A DNA stretch of 64,000 nt from Octopus sinensis. Its lineage: Eukaryota. The stretch covers positions 45,384,001-45,448,000 of the forward strand of contig NC_043002.1 of assembly GCF_006345805.1 (NCBI RefSeq), in the 5' to 3' direction. Below are positions 37,255 to 50,695 of the stretch, piece by piece. The notes below the pieces were generated by a model, which did no database searches, was not told the origin of the DNA, and saw only the letters and a program-made list of their open reading frames with translations. Within the stretch, counting starts at the first letter, position 1, and the number at the start of each line of letters is the position of its first letter. The position numbers and the translations under genes were made by a program.

Positions 37255-37263
37255 GATTAGACT

Positions 37264-37298
<35 letters not shown>

Positions 37299-37308
37299 TG
37301 TGTGTGTA

Positions 37309-37340
<32 letters not shown>

Positions 37341-38381
37341 AGAGAGAAGGACTATATTTGTGTTAGCAGGTAAATGAGAATTTTCATCACAGATATTGTT
37401 GTCTAACAAGCTCAATAGCATTTTCTGAGATGTCAAGATCAATATAAACAAACACTATTGTTTTTTGTGCTGCTCTGGAGAAATTCAGAGGAATTAGCAA
37501 CTAATGCTTACAAGTAAAAAGAGTTACTTTATGCAATGTCATGTATGTTACACTTTTTGGATCTTTTTCAAGGATGTATGGTAAGAAGCTTCCTTCCCAA
37601 CCACATGGTTCCAAGTTCAGTCTCACTGTGTGACACATCTTGGGCCTTGTGAGTTAATTTTGAAGACAGAAACTGAAAGAAGCCCATCATGTGTGTGTGT
37701 GTGTTTTTGTGTCTGTTCCATACTACCACTGGTGTTGGTATGTTTATGTCCCTATAACTTAGTGGTTTGACAAAAAAGAGATTGATGGAATAAGTGCCAG
37801 GCTTAAAAGAAAAAGTACTGGAGTCAATTCATTCAACTAAAAATTCTTCGAGGTGATGCCCCAGCATGGCCACAGTCTAATGACTGAAACAAGTAAAAGA
37901 TAGAAGATAAAAGATACTTTCCAGGTAAAAAATTTTTTTTGTTTTAATATTTGCCGGGGTAGTCAAACTTTACTATAAAAAATGAATCAATTCAACTCTT
38001 GTGAATGTTCAAAATTTACAAATGAGGAAGAGCATCCAGCCATTGAAACCATGCCAAATCAGCCCCTCAACTTACCAGACCTGGTCAAATCATCCAACCC
38101 ATGCCAGCATGGACAATGGACATTAAAAGACAATGATGACACTTCAAAATTTGTGTCTTTGACTGTCATGTACATCACATGAAAATGGCCCAATTTAGAG
38201 AAGGATGGGTTTCTGTGGAGCTAACTTGCTGTAGACTCACAGTATACAGTACAACCACCCAGCAACCCACTGAGCATATATAACTTAAACATAAATATAT
38301 ACATAAACAAGCACATTTATGTAAACTATGTAATTCTTAGAAAATGTTTATTTTGTCATCAGCAGTGAAAAAATTACTTAC

Positions 38382-38466
38382 TTTGTATTAGGAATGACTT
38401 CCCAGCTGACTGGTGAAAAAAGCTGTACACAATATTTTTCTGTCATTGGGTAAACAAACCGATCAT
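38382..38466 (-). CDS. CPSF1: CPSF1 exon (85 nt): (D)DRFVYPMTEKYCVQLFSPVSWEVIPNT(K)
   Basis: Acceptor TGTTTAG, donor GTAAGT; matches IQLISPVSWEAIPN. Confidence 0.95.
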
Positions 38467-38511
38467 CTAAACAATCAAGAAAGGCAAAAATATGATTATA
38501 AACTTCTGGAT

Positions 38512-38543
38512 AGATGATGACGATGATGATGATCATGATGATG

Positions 38544-38587
<44 letters not shown>

Positions 38588-38614
38588 TATTATTATTATT
38601 ATTATTATTATTAT
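38512..38614. repeat. Compound microsatellite (GAT)n-(AAT)n-(ATT)n
   Basis: Read directly. Other microsatellites: (GT)n 1597-1667, (TA)n(GA)n 18096-18176 and 28990-29076, (GT)n 29330-29395, (GA/GT)n 37266-37347, (GAT/CAA)n 62668-62741. Confidence 0.95.
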
Positions 38615-38873
38615 TTCAAATTTTTGCCACAAGGGCAGCTTTGGGAAGGTGGAGATGAGTTGATTACATCAACCCCAGTGCTCAACTGGTACTTATTTTA
38701 TCAACCCTGAAAGGATGAAAGGCAAAGCCGACTTTGGTGGAATTTGAACTAAGAACATAGCGACAGGTGAAATATCGCTAAGCATTTTACCCAGTGTGCT
38801 AATGATTCTGCCAGTTCACTGGAGCAGCAGCAGCAACAACAGCAGCAGCAGCAGTAGCAACAACAACAACAAT

Positions 38874-39326
38874 AATCGGTGCGATCACCAAACCAGACAT
38901 CAGAAACTGGACATTGTTGTGGTGAATAAAAATGGAAGTACATGTGTGATAATCAACATAGCATGCCCCGGTGTCAACAGGATCAATGTGAAAGAAGAAA
39001 AAATAAACAACTGTGACAATCTGAAGTGGGAAGTATGAAGATTGTGGTTAATGAGGAGAGTAGGCGTGATACCTATAGTAATTGGTGCACTTGGAAGCAT
39101 CAGCACTCAACTACCAAAATGGCTGAAAAAGATTGGTGCAAGTGTGAAGGTAGAACACCTACAAATATCAGCATTGCTTAGAACTGCAAGAATTCTCCGT
39201 AGGATTCTTGAAGCATGACTAGTAAATAAGTGTCAACTTAGTCTGCTGGCTGTGGACAACTGAACTTTCCATCATACCCAGGAAAATAATATGTGTATTT
39301 TCATATAATAATAATAATGATAATAA
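38874..39326 (+). mobile_element. 5'-truncated R4/Dong-type non-LTR retrotransposon (restriction-enzyme-like endonuclease C-terminus)
   Basis: CDHQTRHQKLDIVVVNK...IINIACPG...KEE...NLKWEV*RLW...VIPIVIGALG...LQISALLRTARILRRILEA*, then a short UTR and (TAA)n tail. Confidence 0.8.
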
Positions 39327-40319
39327 ACCACATGTATTCTACATGCCAGAGACCCAACAGAAGAACACAACTTGCATTACACACACAATACAAATGCTAA
39401 TACAACAAAAGTCTCAAGATAAACCTCATAACAAAACAAACTGATGCAATGCAATACTGGGTAGATTTTGCACTCCCCCAACAACAAAAAAGAACACACA
39501 ATGCTGCACACACCCCAGCAACATGGAAGTGTAGCAGGTGCTGCAACAGAAACCTACCTGAAACTATCAAATGCATTATCATGTACATGGTTTAGCCTTG
39601 GTGCAAAAGATGGACGACAGCAAATATTCTGCTCAATACCATAGATTTGCTTGTCATTTGTTTGACCTTAACCAGTTGAGCATGTCTCTTAGTGGCTGAC
39701 GATATGTACATCTCTGATCACTAGCAGGAGTAGTTGAGGAACACATAGCCATGTGTTGAGAGAAATTTGGGGGGGTTTGAACAATTCACCTCTCGAAACA
39801 TGGGTGTTTTATTCATCATCCTTAAACTAACCTTATTCAGGGACCTTTTGAGCGGGATGTGTTACACATATGAAGAAAATCTGCCTCAACAAGTTCATTT
39901 AATTCATGTCAGGACAGTAAAACAGACAAAAAGCAAAACAGATGAAACTTGATACAAATTGCCTTATGCCCATAGAGGGGAACCTTTGTTACCGACAATG
40001 ATAATGATGTAGACTTTCTACATTGACGCATAATCTGCTTCAAATAGCAACCAAGCCTCACTCAAATCACACACCATTATCTGGAGAAGAGTCTGGATAG
40101 TCAAGGCAAGAATGTCTTTGATTAAATAGCATTCAGATCATCCTGAAATCCTACTCCAATGTCTTAGCAAAAGACATATTCAAAATTTGGTCCTGAGCAG
40201 CCTTTGATCAAAAGATGGATTAATCAGGACTGACAAAAAGATTTTCATCATCTTCATCCTTAAAAGAAGAGAATGAACGACAAATTCAGACATAAATGGC
40301 AGAAGGAAACATAACATAC

Positions 40320-40410
40320 CTCGTTCAATGATTTCAAATTCTCTTTCATCAGTGGTGGTTTTGGGCAGCTTATTAGAGGGTTCTTGAGTACTGCTGACAA
40401 CAGCATACGT
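40320..40410 (-). CDS. CPSF1: CPSF1 exon (91 nt): TYAVVSSTQEPSNKLPKTTTDEREFEIIER
   Basis: Acceptor TTTGGTAG, donor GTATGT; matches VYAVATS...EKEFETIER. Confidence 0.93.
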
Positions 40411-42259
40411 CTACCAAAAGAATATGAAAAGTCAAGAAAAAAAAATCACTATTGAAAACAAGAAAATAGAGCCAACAGAAATAAAAATTACTATTCTTTT
40501 ATTCTTTTACTAGCGGGACCCATGGAATTTCCATGAACCGATTAATAGAATGTTGAGTAAATAATAAACTTTTTCAACATATATGTATGTATAAAAATAA
40601 TGCATTGAAGAAAGGAGTAATTAAAATCTCTACATATATAATACGAGATACTTAGGCAGCAAATACTAAAATTAGATATATTTGTACCGTTCTGTTTACA
40701 AATACATAAAGTTTAGCTATTAATTCTATTCTTTTTTAACATACAATACTCATGGGCTGGGAAAATAAACATAGAGATACTTTGGAGTGTCCATCATGTG
40801 TGCAAAGATTGCAAGGATTTGGTTGGCCTTAGCTTATAGTAGAAGACACTTGCTCAAGACGCCATGCAATGGGACTGAACCCAAAACTGTGTGGCTGAGA
40901 AGCTAAGTTCTTAACCACACAGCCATGCCTGATATATATAAATGCATTATTTGGTATTGCTAATCAATTTATGGAAAAACAACAAAAACATTTACTGAAG
41001 CTGGGACTCAACATAAATTAGAGTGAAATTTATTGATAATATTAGTTTGACTGGGACCTCAGGCTTCACCCATAATGGCTTTGAATAAGTCATTAGACAT
41101 AAAACAAGCAAATGAATATATACATATATTCATTGAGGGTGATCTATTTTTATGGTGAGATGCCCTTATGTTGTCAACCCTTATTCCAAGCAAGGTAATA
41201 TTTCCCCAATGCCACACATATTTTTCAGGAAAGACAGGAAATGAACAAAATCACTTGTATGAGTAATGCTCATTTAAAATTATTACACAATATCAAGACA
41301 TAAAAAACACACAGATATATCTTCAAGTTTTGGGGCTAACCAGACAGTTACTTTTATGGATGTCACATCATCATCATCATCATCATTTAATGACCATCAT
41401 CCATGCTGGCATAGATTGGATGGTTTGACCAGGGCTGGCAAGCTGGAAGGCTGTACCAGATTCCAGTCTGATTTGGCATGGTTTCTACAGCTGGATGACC
41501 TTCCTAACACCAACCACTCTGAGAGTGTAATGGGTGCTTTTTACATGCAACCAGCATAGGTACCATTTGCATGACACCAGTATCTGCCACAACTGCAATT
41601 TTACTTGGCTTGATCATAATGCCAAAGGTTTCAGTCATTTGTCATTGCTTCTATGAGGTCTAACACTCGAAAGGTGCTTTTCATGTGCCACTGGCATCAG
41701 CTACTTTGCTTCCGTGAGGCCCAACGCTCAAAAGGTGCTTTTTATGTCCCACCAGCACAGGTACCAGTTACATGACACCAGCATCAGCCACAACTACGAT
41801 TTCACTTCGCTTGACAGATCTTCTCAAGCACAGCATATCGCCAAAGGTCTCAGTCACTAGTCATTGCCTCCGTGAAGCCCAAAGTTCAAAGTTCATGCAT
41901 CACCACCTCATCCCATGTCTTCTTGGGTTTACCTGTACCACAGGTTCCTTCTACAGTTAAAGGTTGGCACTTCTCTACACAGCTGTCCTCGTCCATATGC
42001 ATCACATGACCATACCAGCATAGTTGTCACTCTTGCACATCACATCTGATGCCTCTTATGCCAAGTATATGAAATGTCAGTAAAAGACACTAGGTCTCTG
42101 AGAATCTGTGTAAGGTTTCACAAGTCCCTAAAAAGGCAGCAGAAGACTACTCTCATGTATCTTCGCTAAGAAAACTGCCTTCACAGTATTGCCACTACAG
42201 CATGACAAAAGTTGGTTCAAACTCAACGGTTGACTTCACATATACAAAGCTGAACTTAC

Positions 42260-42376
42260 CTTACTTTCAGGATGATAAACAACAAAATAGGGGGTAGATC
42301 TTAAAGGCACTTTTCTCACGGGCCATGGTGAATCATAAGTAAGATGGGTAGGCAAAACACATATCCGTAGCTCACC
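42260..42376 (-). CDS. CPSF1: CPSF1 exon (117 nt): [39 protein letters not shown]
   Basis: Acceptor GATTTAG, donor GTAAGT; matches [26 protein letters not shown]. Confidence 0.97.
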
Positions 42377-44108
42377 CTAAATCAAAGAAAGAAAAAAAAT
42401 GATTATTTAACTAAAACAACAAATATGCATTATTTCAGAAAAACTATTGAACAGTAATACTGGTTTCAAATTCAGGCACAAGGTCAGCAATTATGGGGGA
42501 GGGGGTAAGTCGATTACATTGACCCCAGTGCTCAGCTGCTACTTATTTTACTGACCCAGAAAGGATGAAAGACCAAGTCAACCCTGTCAGAATTTGAACT
42601 CAGAATATAAAGACAGATGAAATGCCGCTAAGCATTTTGCCCAGTGTACTAACTATTCTGCCAGCTCACAGCTTTATTGAACAATAATATTAACCAATAT
42701 CTATGTCCACCGAATATCATGCTGAACATGTTATCTGATTAACAACATCACTATATTCTTATTTTTTAATTCTCTTAGACGCAGGTTGCATGGTTAAGAA
42801 ATTTGCTTTCCAACTACGTTGCTTTGAGTTCAGTCTAACCACATAGCACGTTAGGCAAATATCTGCTGCTTTAACACAGGGCCGATCAAAGCCATGTCAG
42901 TGGATTTAGTAGATGGGAACAGCAAGAAGACCATCATATGTGTGTGTGTGTGTTTGTATAGACACACAAACAAAACTTCTGTACAGTTTGTGTCTACCAA
43001 ATTCACTTACAAGGCATTAGATGGTCCAGAGATATAGTAGAAGACACTAGCTCAAGGTGTTATGCAGTGGAACTGAACTCAAAACTACATAGTTATAAAT
43101 TAGCCTTCTTACCACACAGCCATGCTAACACTTATACCATTATTTTCACACAGATTCTCTGTGCTGATCCTTGATTCTCCTCAACAACCTTTCTCATAAG
43201 AAATGTTAAGCACTCAACAACAGTTAATCCACTTTGGGCATTGATTCTTGTTCTCAGACAACTTAGCCACTTCACTAAATCTAGTATTTAATCTGAACAG
43301 ATTCTCATTAGCTTGAGCAATATTTTTTTCACAAAGCTCCTCCAACACCAGACGAATATCTGGCTTGATTTTCGTGACTCAAAAAAAGTAACCAGTAGTA
43401 AACATGGTCTTCTCAAAGCATGTCCAACCAAAATTTACTTGTTTTGGTCAATGGACTGAAACTAGGCTGGAGCACAGCTTTGAAGAATCTAGTTCAACAA
43501 ATTGACCCCAGTACTTATTTTTAAGTCTGGTACTTGTTCTATCATTCACTTCTGTCAAACCACTAAGTCACGAGAATGTAAACAAGCCAATACTGATTAT
43601 CAAGAACTGATGGAGAAAAGCACAAAGTCATTCATACACACACATATACACAGATATTTATGCACATGCTACAGTCTTTCAGTTTCTGTCTACCAAATTC
43701 ACTCACAAGAAACTGGTCAGTCTAGGGCTATACTAAAAGACACTGGCACAAAGTGTTGGCCACACAGTGGGACTGAACCTGAAACCACATGGCTGCAAAG
43801 CAAGTTTCTTAACCACACAGCTATGCCAGTGCTGAGAACACATTAAACAAATCATGATATACATAGATATTAATACATATAATTAATACACATAATTAAT
43901 ACATTTTTAAAATACCCAGACTTACACTTAAAAGTTCCACGCTTTAATTATAGTGTTCAAGTATGACATGTTGTACCTATTTGTTCTCTGACATTTTAAT
44001 ATAATGATATTGGTACTATTCCAATATCAACTAAATCTGCTTAATGGTACTAAGCAGATTTCAAACAAAATCTGGATGTAAGTAAATAAGAGAAAGAAAT
44101 GAACTTAC

Positions 44109-44261
44109 AGCTTTGTTGAAATATAAGAAACCTTTTGGGCAGTTGATATTATGGAAAGGAGCGAAACATGTAATCGGGCCATCAATGTTCATAGGGTGTA
44201 TTCGAAGGGAACCTCGAGCAGTCATGATAATCCAGTGGGGATATGCTCCACATATAAAAAC
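44109..44261 (-). CDS. CPSF1: CPSF1 exon (153 nt): [51 protein letters not shown]
   Basis: Acceptor ATTTTTAG, donor GTAAGT; strong match to VFICGPSPHW...FAPFHNVNCPRGFLYFN. Confidence 0.97.
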
Positions 44262-44861
44262 CTAAAAATAAAATCAATATATTTTGTAATTAAAACTTTT
44301 TGATAACATGTAATTGATAAGAAAATAAACTGTTACTGAGTTTTTCAATGCAAGACATTGAACTTGCTAGAAATAGCAGACAAATTTCTACCAAACTACA
44401 CCCTACTATCTTATTTAAAAAAAGGACATATTGGATAATGTAGTCCAGAGTACATTAGTCATCGCCCTAAGCCTGTACAAGCGCCACAACTGAGAATTTC
44501 CAAGACTATTCACTTTCTTCAGATGTAAACACTATATGCATAACTTAAATAAGAGAAAAATTAAATATGTAAAAACTTCTTTCTCACACAAAGAAGGGGA
44601 TATCATCAACATCATTATTTTAATGTCCACTTCTTCATGCTCATATGGGTCTGACGAAATTTTGTGGAGGCAGATTTTTTACAGCCTGATACCTTTCTTA
44701 TTACCAACTCTCACCAGTTTTTGAGGCAAATATATTTTCATGATCAGACATGCTTTTCATAGAAGATGGAGAATGAAGGGCACCACTTCCATGACAGTGA
44801 CTATCATCTACAACTATCACCTTATGTCAATGAGACAGTAACACACACACACACATATAAG

Positions 44862-45149
44862 TAATTAAGATTCAGTTGAATTAAGTACTTAAGCTGAAGT
44901 ACCAAGTCAGTCTGGTATTATCTGCACAGCTCAAAGTAAGGTAAATAAAATCAAAATAAGCAAAAGGATTTCAAGTAGTAATGCAGTACGATCGTTTCAA
45001 GTGGATCCATTTAATTGAACAATGCAATCATTTTTTTGTGCAGCTGAAAGCGCTGTATTTAAATTGATGTAATGATTGCATTGTTCAATTAAACTGGGCT
45101 GCTTGAAACAGTTGTACTGAATTACTACTTGAAATCCTATTGCTTATTT

Positions 45150-45153
<4 letters not shown>
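44862..45153. mobile_element. Short fold-back relative of the 16593-18082 element
   Basis: Arms 44950-45032 and 45071-45153 are inverted; 44862-44949 matches the reverse complement of 17995-18082; degenerate hammerhead core at 45038-45122. Confidence 0.7.
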
Positions 45154-45202
<49 letters not shown>

Positions 45203-45228
45203 ATATATAGATAATATACATACGTAAG

Positions 45229-45675
45229 AGAGTCTTTCTAATCTAATGTTGTGGTTGAGCTGTTTATTATTTATTATTATTACTATTATTAGTAGTATTA
45301 GTATTGTCCCTTTGATCCTCGGTCGAAAATTTGCTTATCATTATTATTATTATTATTATTTTACTATTTTCAGCTTCGCCTTGTATTGCATATTATTTCT
45401 CCATACAGGGGTTTTTTCAATGGCGGCATTTTCGCGGGGTTCCACTATTTCCCTTCTCTCTCTCTCTCCTCTTTACGTTGTCTGCCATCCCCCTCTTCCT
45501 TTGCTAAGAGCATTTTTAAGCCAGCCCGTCATATTCCTGTGTCGGCCGAAGAACGAAATGTTCCCAGATAAGAGAGTCTTTCTAATCTAAGTTGTGGTTG
45601 AGCTGTTTATTATTATTATTATTACTATTATTAGTATATTAGTATTGTCCCTTTGATCCTCGGTCGAAAATTTGC

Positions 45676-45707
<32 letters not shown>

Positions 45708-45886
45708 TATTACTATTTTCAGCTTCGCCTTGTATTGCATATTATTTCTCCATACGGGGTTTTTTTCATGGCGGCCCATTTTCGCGGGTTTCCACTATTT
45801 CCCTTCTCCTCTCTCCCTCTTTTACGTTGTCTGCCATCCCCCTCTTCCTTTGCTAAGAGCATTTTTAAGCCAGCCCGTCATATTCC
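45229..45886. repeat. Direct tandem duplication of an about 340-bp CpG-rich segment
   Basis: AGAGAGTCTTTCTAATCTAA...GCCAGCCCGTCATATTCC occurs at about 45229-45537 and about 45571-45886. Confidence 0.9.
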
Positions 45887-48800
45887 CGGTGCACCCGCCC
45901 TTGCCCACCCCCACCACCAATACCGGATATCTCTATATTTTTGCTCCATCTATACCGGATGTCGCTTCTCCCACCACCATTATAGGTGTCTACTCTTCGA
46001 ACCCCCCTCTTCAATACGCTATTTGACCATGCACCCCTCTCTTGATATCCTACGTTCTACTTGCTAGAACCTGTCTCATTTCTCTGAACCACCCCTCCCC
46101 ACTGGTGCTCCCTATTTCCCTATCGTCTCCCCCCCCCCCCACATAAAAAGCACCATCCGAACGTGGCCGATGCCAGACCCCTCTGGCACCTTGCAGGTGG
46201 CACGTAAAAACACCCACTACACTCGCGGAGTGGTTGGCGTTAGGAAGGGCATCCAGCTGTAGAAACACTGCCAGACTGACTGGAGCCTGGGGGCAGTCCC
46301 GAGCTCCCCAGACCCCGGTCGAAACCGTCCAACCCGTGCTAGCGCGGAAAACGGACGTTAAATGATGATGATGAGATGATGATGATGATATATATACATA
46401 TGTATATATATACATACACACACACACATATATATATATATGGGCTTCTTTCAGTTTCTTATTTTTTTATTACCCACAAGGGGCTAAATAAATAGAGGGG
46501 ACAAACAAGGACAAAGGTATTAAGTCGATTACATCAACCCCAGTGTGTAACTGGTACTGAATTTATCGACCTCAAAAGGATGAAAGGCAAAGTCAACCTC
46601 GGTGAAACTTGAACTCATAACACAACGGCAGACGAAATACCGCTAAGCATTTCGCCCGGCGTGCTAACGTTTCTGCCATCTCACCGCCTTCTTTCAGTTT
46701 CTGTCTACCAAATTCACTCGCAAGGTTTTAGCTGGCCTAAGGCTATATATAGTAGAGGACACTTGCCCATGGTTTCTTGCAGTGGGACTGTACATAGAAA
46801 CTTGTGGTTGGGAAGCAAACTTCTTACTACACAGCCATACCTGCACCTAGGATATATGGCAAAAATAAGAGGGTACTAGTAAAAATACTTTACAAATATT
46901 TCAGTTTTATGCCACTACAATTTGAGAACAATTCTTTCCAGTGTTGACTTCATTTTTCATCTTTTTAAAAAAGGATGAAAGGCAAATATCATAGGGACAA
47001 TTCAGTCAAACATAACCCATGTAAATATCTCAAAAATATTGGATTTCCGATTAATCAAATGGAGTTATTAACAAGGAGTTATGTTTCATTTATTGTAAAG
47101 TTTAAGTGATTCTACTGATAAGAATAATGGGTGATAGCCATTGCAGCTAATGTTGCTGTTGACGTCTATTTTTTCCAAAGTCAGCCTTGTCTGAACAGAC
47201 ATATTATCTTTTCAGGTGCCAATGTCACATATAAAGCACCAACACTGGTGCTGTGTAAATGTACCCATGCCGGTGGCATGCAAAAAGCAGCCAGCACACT
47301 GTAAAGTGGTTGGTAACAGGAAGGGCATGCAGCCATAGAAACCATGTCACAACAGACAATTTGGAGTCTGGACTGCTCCATGTCAAACCATCCATCCCAT
47401 GCCAGCATGTAAAGTGGATGTTAAATGATGATGATGATGGTGATGGACTATACTACCTAACATGTTCTCTATTTTTTAAAAACAGAAGTATGTGATTTGA
47501 GGTATTTGTCTGCTATTTCTACTAAGTCAAGCTATCACAAAGTTTGCAAAAACTGGTAAACATCTAAATGACACTAAACAAAAAGCAAGAATGTTCTCTT
47601 TTTCCAGACAAAAGGTTATTCTATAGGGTACATGAAACAAGTGTATGATACTCATATAAGAAAAAATGTGAATACTACATCATCGTCATTTAACGTCCAC
47701 TTCCATGCTAGCATGGGTTGGACGATTTTGACTGAGGGCTGGTGAACCAGACGGCTGCACCAGGCTCTAATCTTGATCTGGCAGTGTTTCTACAGCTGAA
47801 GCCCTTCCTAACGCCAACCACTCCGAGAGTATAGTGGGTGCTTTTCACGTGCCACCGGCATGGGGGCCAGTCAGGCGGTACTGGCAATGACCTCGCTCAA
47901 ATCTTTTTACACATGCCACCGGCACAGGTGCCAGTGAAACAACGTTGACCTAAGTCTCTTAAACTATAATGGGTGTATATCTAGGAATGGTGTAATTTAA
48001 AAATCAATAGATATCTCATTTTCTACTTTGTATCTGTGGAGGCAAAAATCACCATGTAATAATGCATAAAACTATCATTTTGAATATTAAAGTATTGCTA
48101 TTTTGTTGACAGCATGTATTTCTTGTAATCTCTTATCAAGCTGTATATTCCTAATTTCTAAATGGACCAAGAACTGGTGATAGGCTAACACAAAGAACTA
48201 TTTGTAATAAACTAGCACTGAATCTAGAAACTGATGTCTTTTGTCCATCTAATACAACTGAAATCAGAGTTAAAAAGCAGTCCACTTAACTGCTTATGCT
48301 GAGGCAATAAGACAGCTACTACAGGCTTATCAACCAACTACAAAATAGCAGCCAAATCTCTCTGAATCGCACTCTAGCATATTACAAAAGGAAGGATACA
48401 TTGCATAATGTGACACTAAATACCATCTGAAAATAGGTGAAATGGCCATGAGTAAAATGCCTTCAATCATGGGTGCAGGCATAGTTGTAAGATTTAAAAA
48501 TTCACTAACTTAGGTTGCTCCATCTGGGCTGAACTGCAGCAACCTATACTGTTTGCAAAAAGATTGGATTTATATTACTAAATAGTTTTTAATGAGTTTT
48601 TTTTTTCCTGATTGGTTACAGTAGAACAAACATCATCAAAGCTGACTTTGACTTTCATTCTTTCAGGGTTGATAAAATAAGAATGAGCTGAGCAGTGGGG
48701 TCAGTGTAATTGTCTTCCCTTCCTCCTCAAAATTGCTGGCCTTGTGGCAAAATTATAAAAGAATTTTTATAGACGGAATTCTAGAAATATATCATTAAAA

Positions 48801-50319
48801 GTGCTTTTCGCATCTATGATGCCCAATTGTATATAAATATCAAAAGCATATTCTTTTATTCTTTAACTTGGTCCAGTCATTTGATTGTGGCCATGCTGGA
48901 GCACTGCCTTGAAGAGTTTTTCAGCCCAACAAATCAACCCCAGGATTTATCTTTTTAAACCTAGTGTTTATTCTATCAGTCTCTTTTGCTGAACCACTAA
49001 TTTACAGGGACATAAACACACCAACACCAATTGTGAAGTAGTGATGGGGAAACAAACACAAAGACACACACACACACACACATATATATACGACAGACTT
49101 CCAAATCCACTCACAAGGCTTTGGTTGGCCCAAGGCTATAGTAGAAGACACTTGCCCAAGGTGCCACATAGTGGGTCTGAACTTAGAACCATGTGGTTGG
49201 GAAGCTTCTTACCACACAACTAAACTATTTTTTTTTATAAAGACGCCTAGTAATTTGTCAAGGAAATCAAGAAAAGTAAAAATTAGTGTTTTGAATAAAT
49301 GAAAATATAAAAAAGAAATGGGCAAAGTATTTAAAAAATATTCCAAAACAGTTACTTCCTCATGGGAAAGAGCTAAAAAATACTGATCAGAATTTTGTCA
49401 CAAAGTTTTTAAAATTTTTTATTTTTTTAATTTTCAAAGAAAAAAAAATGGAAAAATTAGTTTTGTCTTAATACATCTCTCGAGTGTGTCCTGTTGGATA
49501 TTTTCTCTGCAACATAACTAAGCATACCATTACAGTTTTTTCATGAGCTAACTCTTTTAATACCACTCTTTTAATATCACTAAGACCACCCATAGTTCTA
49601 TGATACAAACTTCACACTTTAACCCTTTAGCATTTAAACTGACCATCTCTGGCCAAAATATTCCACCTGTTTTATGTTCAAACTGACCACATTTAGCCTC
49701 TCATACCTACCCTACAATGTTATTGTAAAAATAAACAATCACATCTTTAAAATCTTGAAGCTACAAAGTAATGCATGATTAATTCAAAGCATTGCAAATA
49801 ATCCTTTCTACTATAGGCACAAGGCCCTGAAATTTGCAGAGAGCAGGTAAGTCAATCACAGCAACCTCAGCACTTGGCCAGTATTTAATTTATCAATCCC
49901 AAAAGGATGAGAAGCAAAGTCGACCTCAGCAGAATTTGAACTCAAAACATAAAGATGGACAAAAATACGTGATGCGTGGGCTGCCTTGGTTCGAGATGCC
50001 TCGAGGGTGCTAGAAGAAGCTGACTTAACCCTCCCAGGGTGAATGTCGCCACAAGTACAAGTACATGTACTAGCTCTGTAGTACAAATGTTTTGTTTCCA
50101 TAAGTTTTGAATAAAAATCTTCTACCAAACCTTAGTCACATTTTATGTTCCTAACACTAGCTTAATGATAACTAAGTTATTTTACTAAATTCTTTGTTAT
50201 ATTTAAAATTAATTGAAAGAAACAGAGCATCTCAACAGAAATACAGTAACGATAGGGTTAATAAAGGTGTAGAGCATTTTACTACATTTTTCATTATTTT
50301 CAAAATTAATTGAAACAAA

Positions 50320-50695
50320 TCTCTCTATATATATATAAACGGCAAAATGTCTGTCTGTCTGTGTGTGTGTCCTTTATACAAATCCACAATTTTCCAGTTA
50401 GAAGGCTCGCACTTTCTATGGTCATTCAAAACCATCCAAGGGTGGTTGTGCACATCTTTACATTTCCCCAGTCACTCCGCAAAGCCATTAAAAAGTCAAT
50501 AGAAGTGACTTTTTTGTGAATTTTCTATCCAAAGCCCAATCAAAATGCCCGAAACTTGATACACCAATTGAATACCAGCTAGCTGTATGTGACTGATCAG
50601 AGATTTGGACAGTACTTGCGTGTATGTGCACACACACGCAACTGTATATGAATGCACTAGCACTATGGCCTGGCAACGCTGGGTCATAGTGCTAG
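50320..50695 (+). mobile_element. Non-autonomous Helitron (376 bp) inserted in an A|T site within a MITE fragment
   Basis: 5' A|TCTCTCTATATATATATAAAC; 3' GCCTGGCAACGCTGGGTCATAGTGCTAG|T. Confidence 0.8.
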
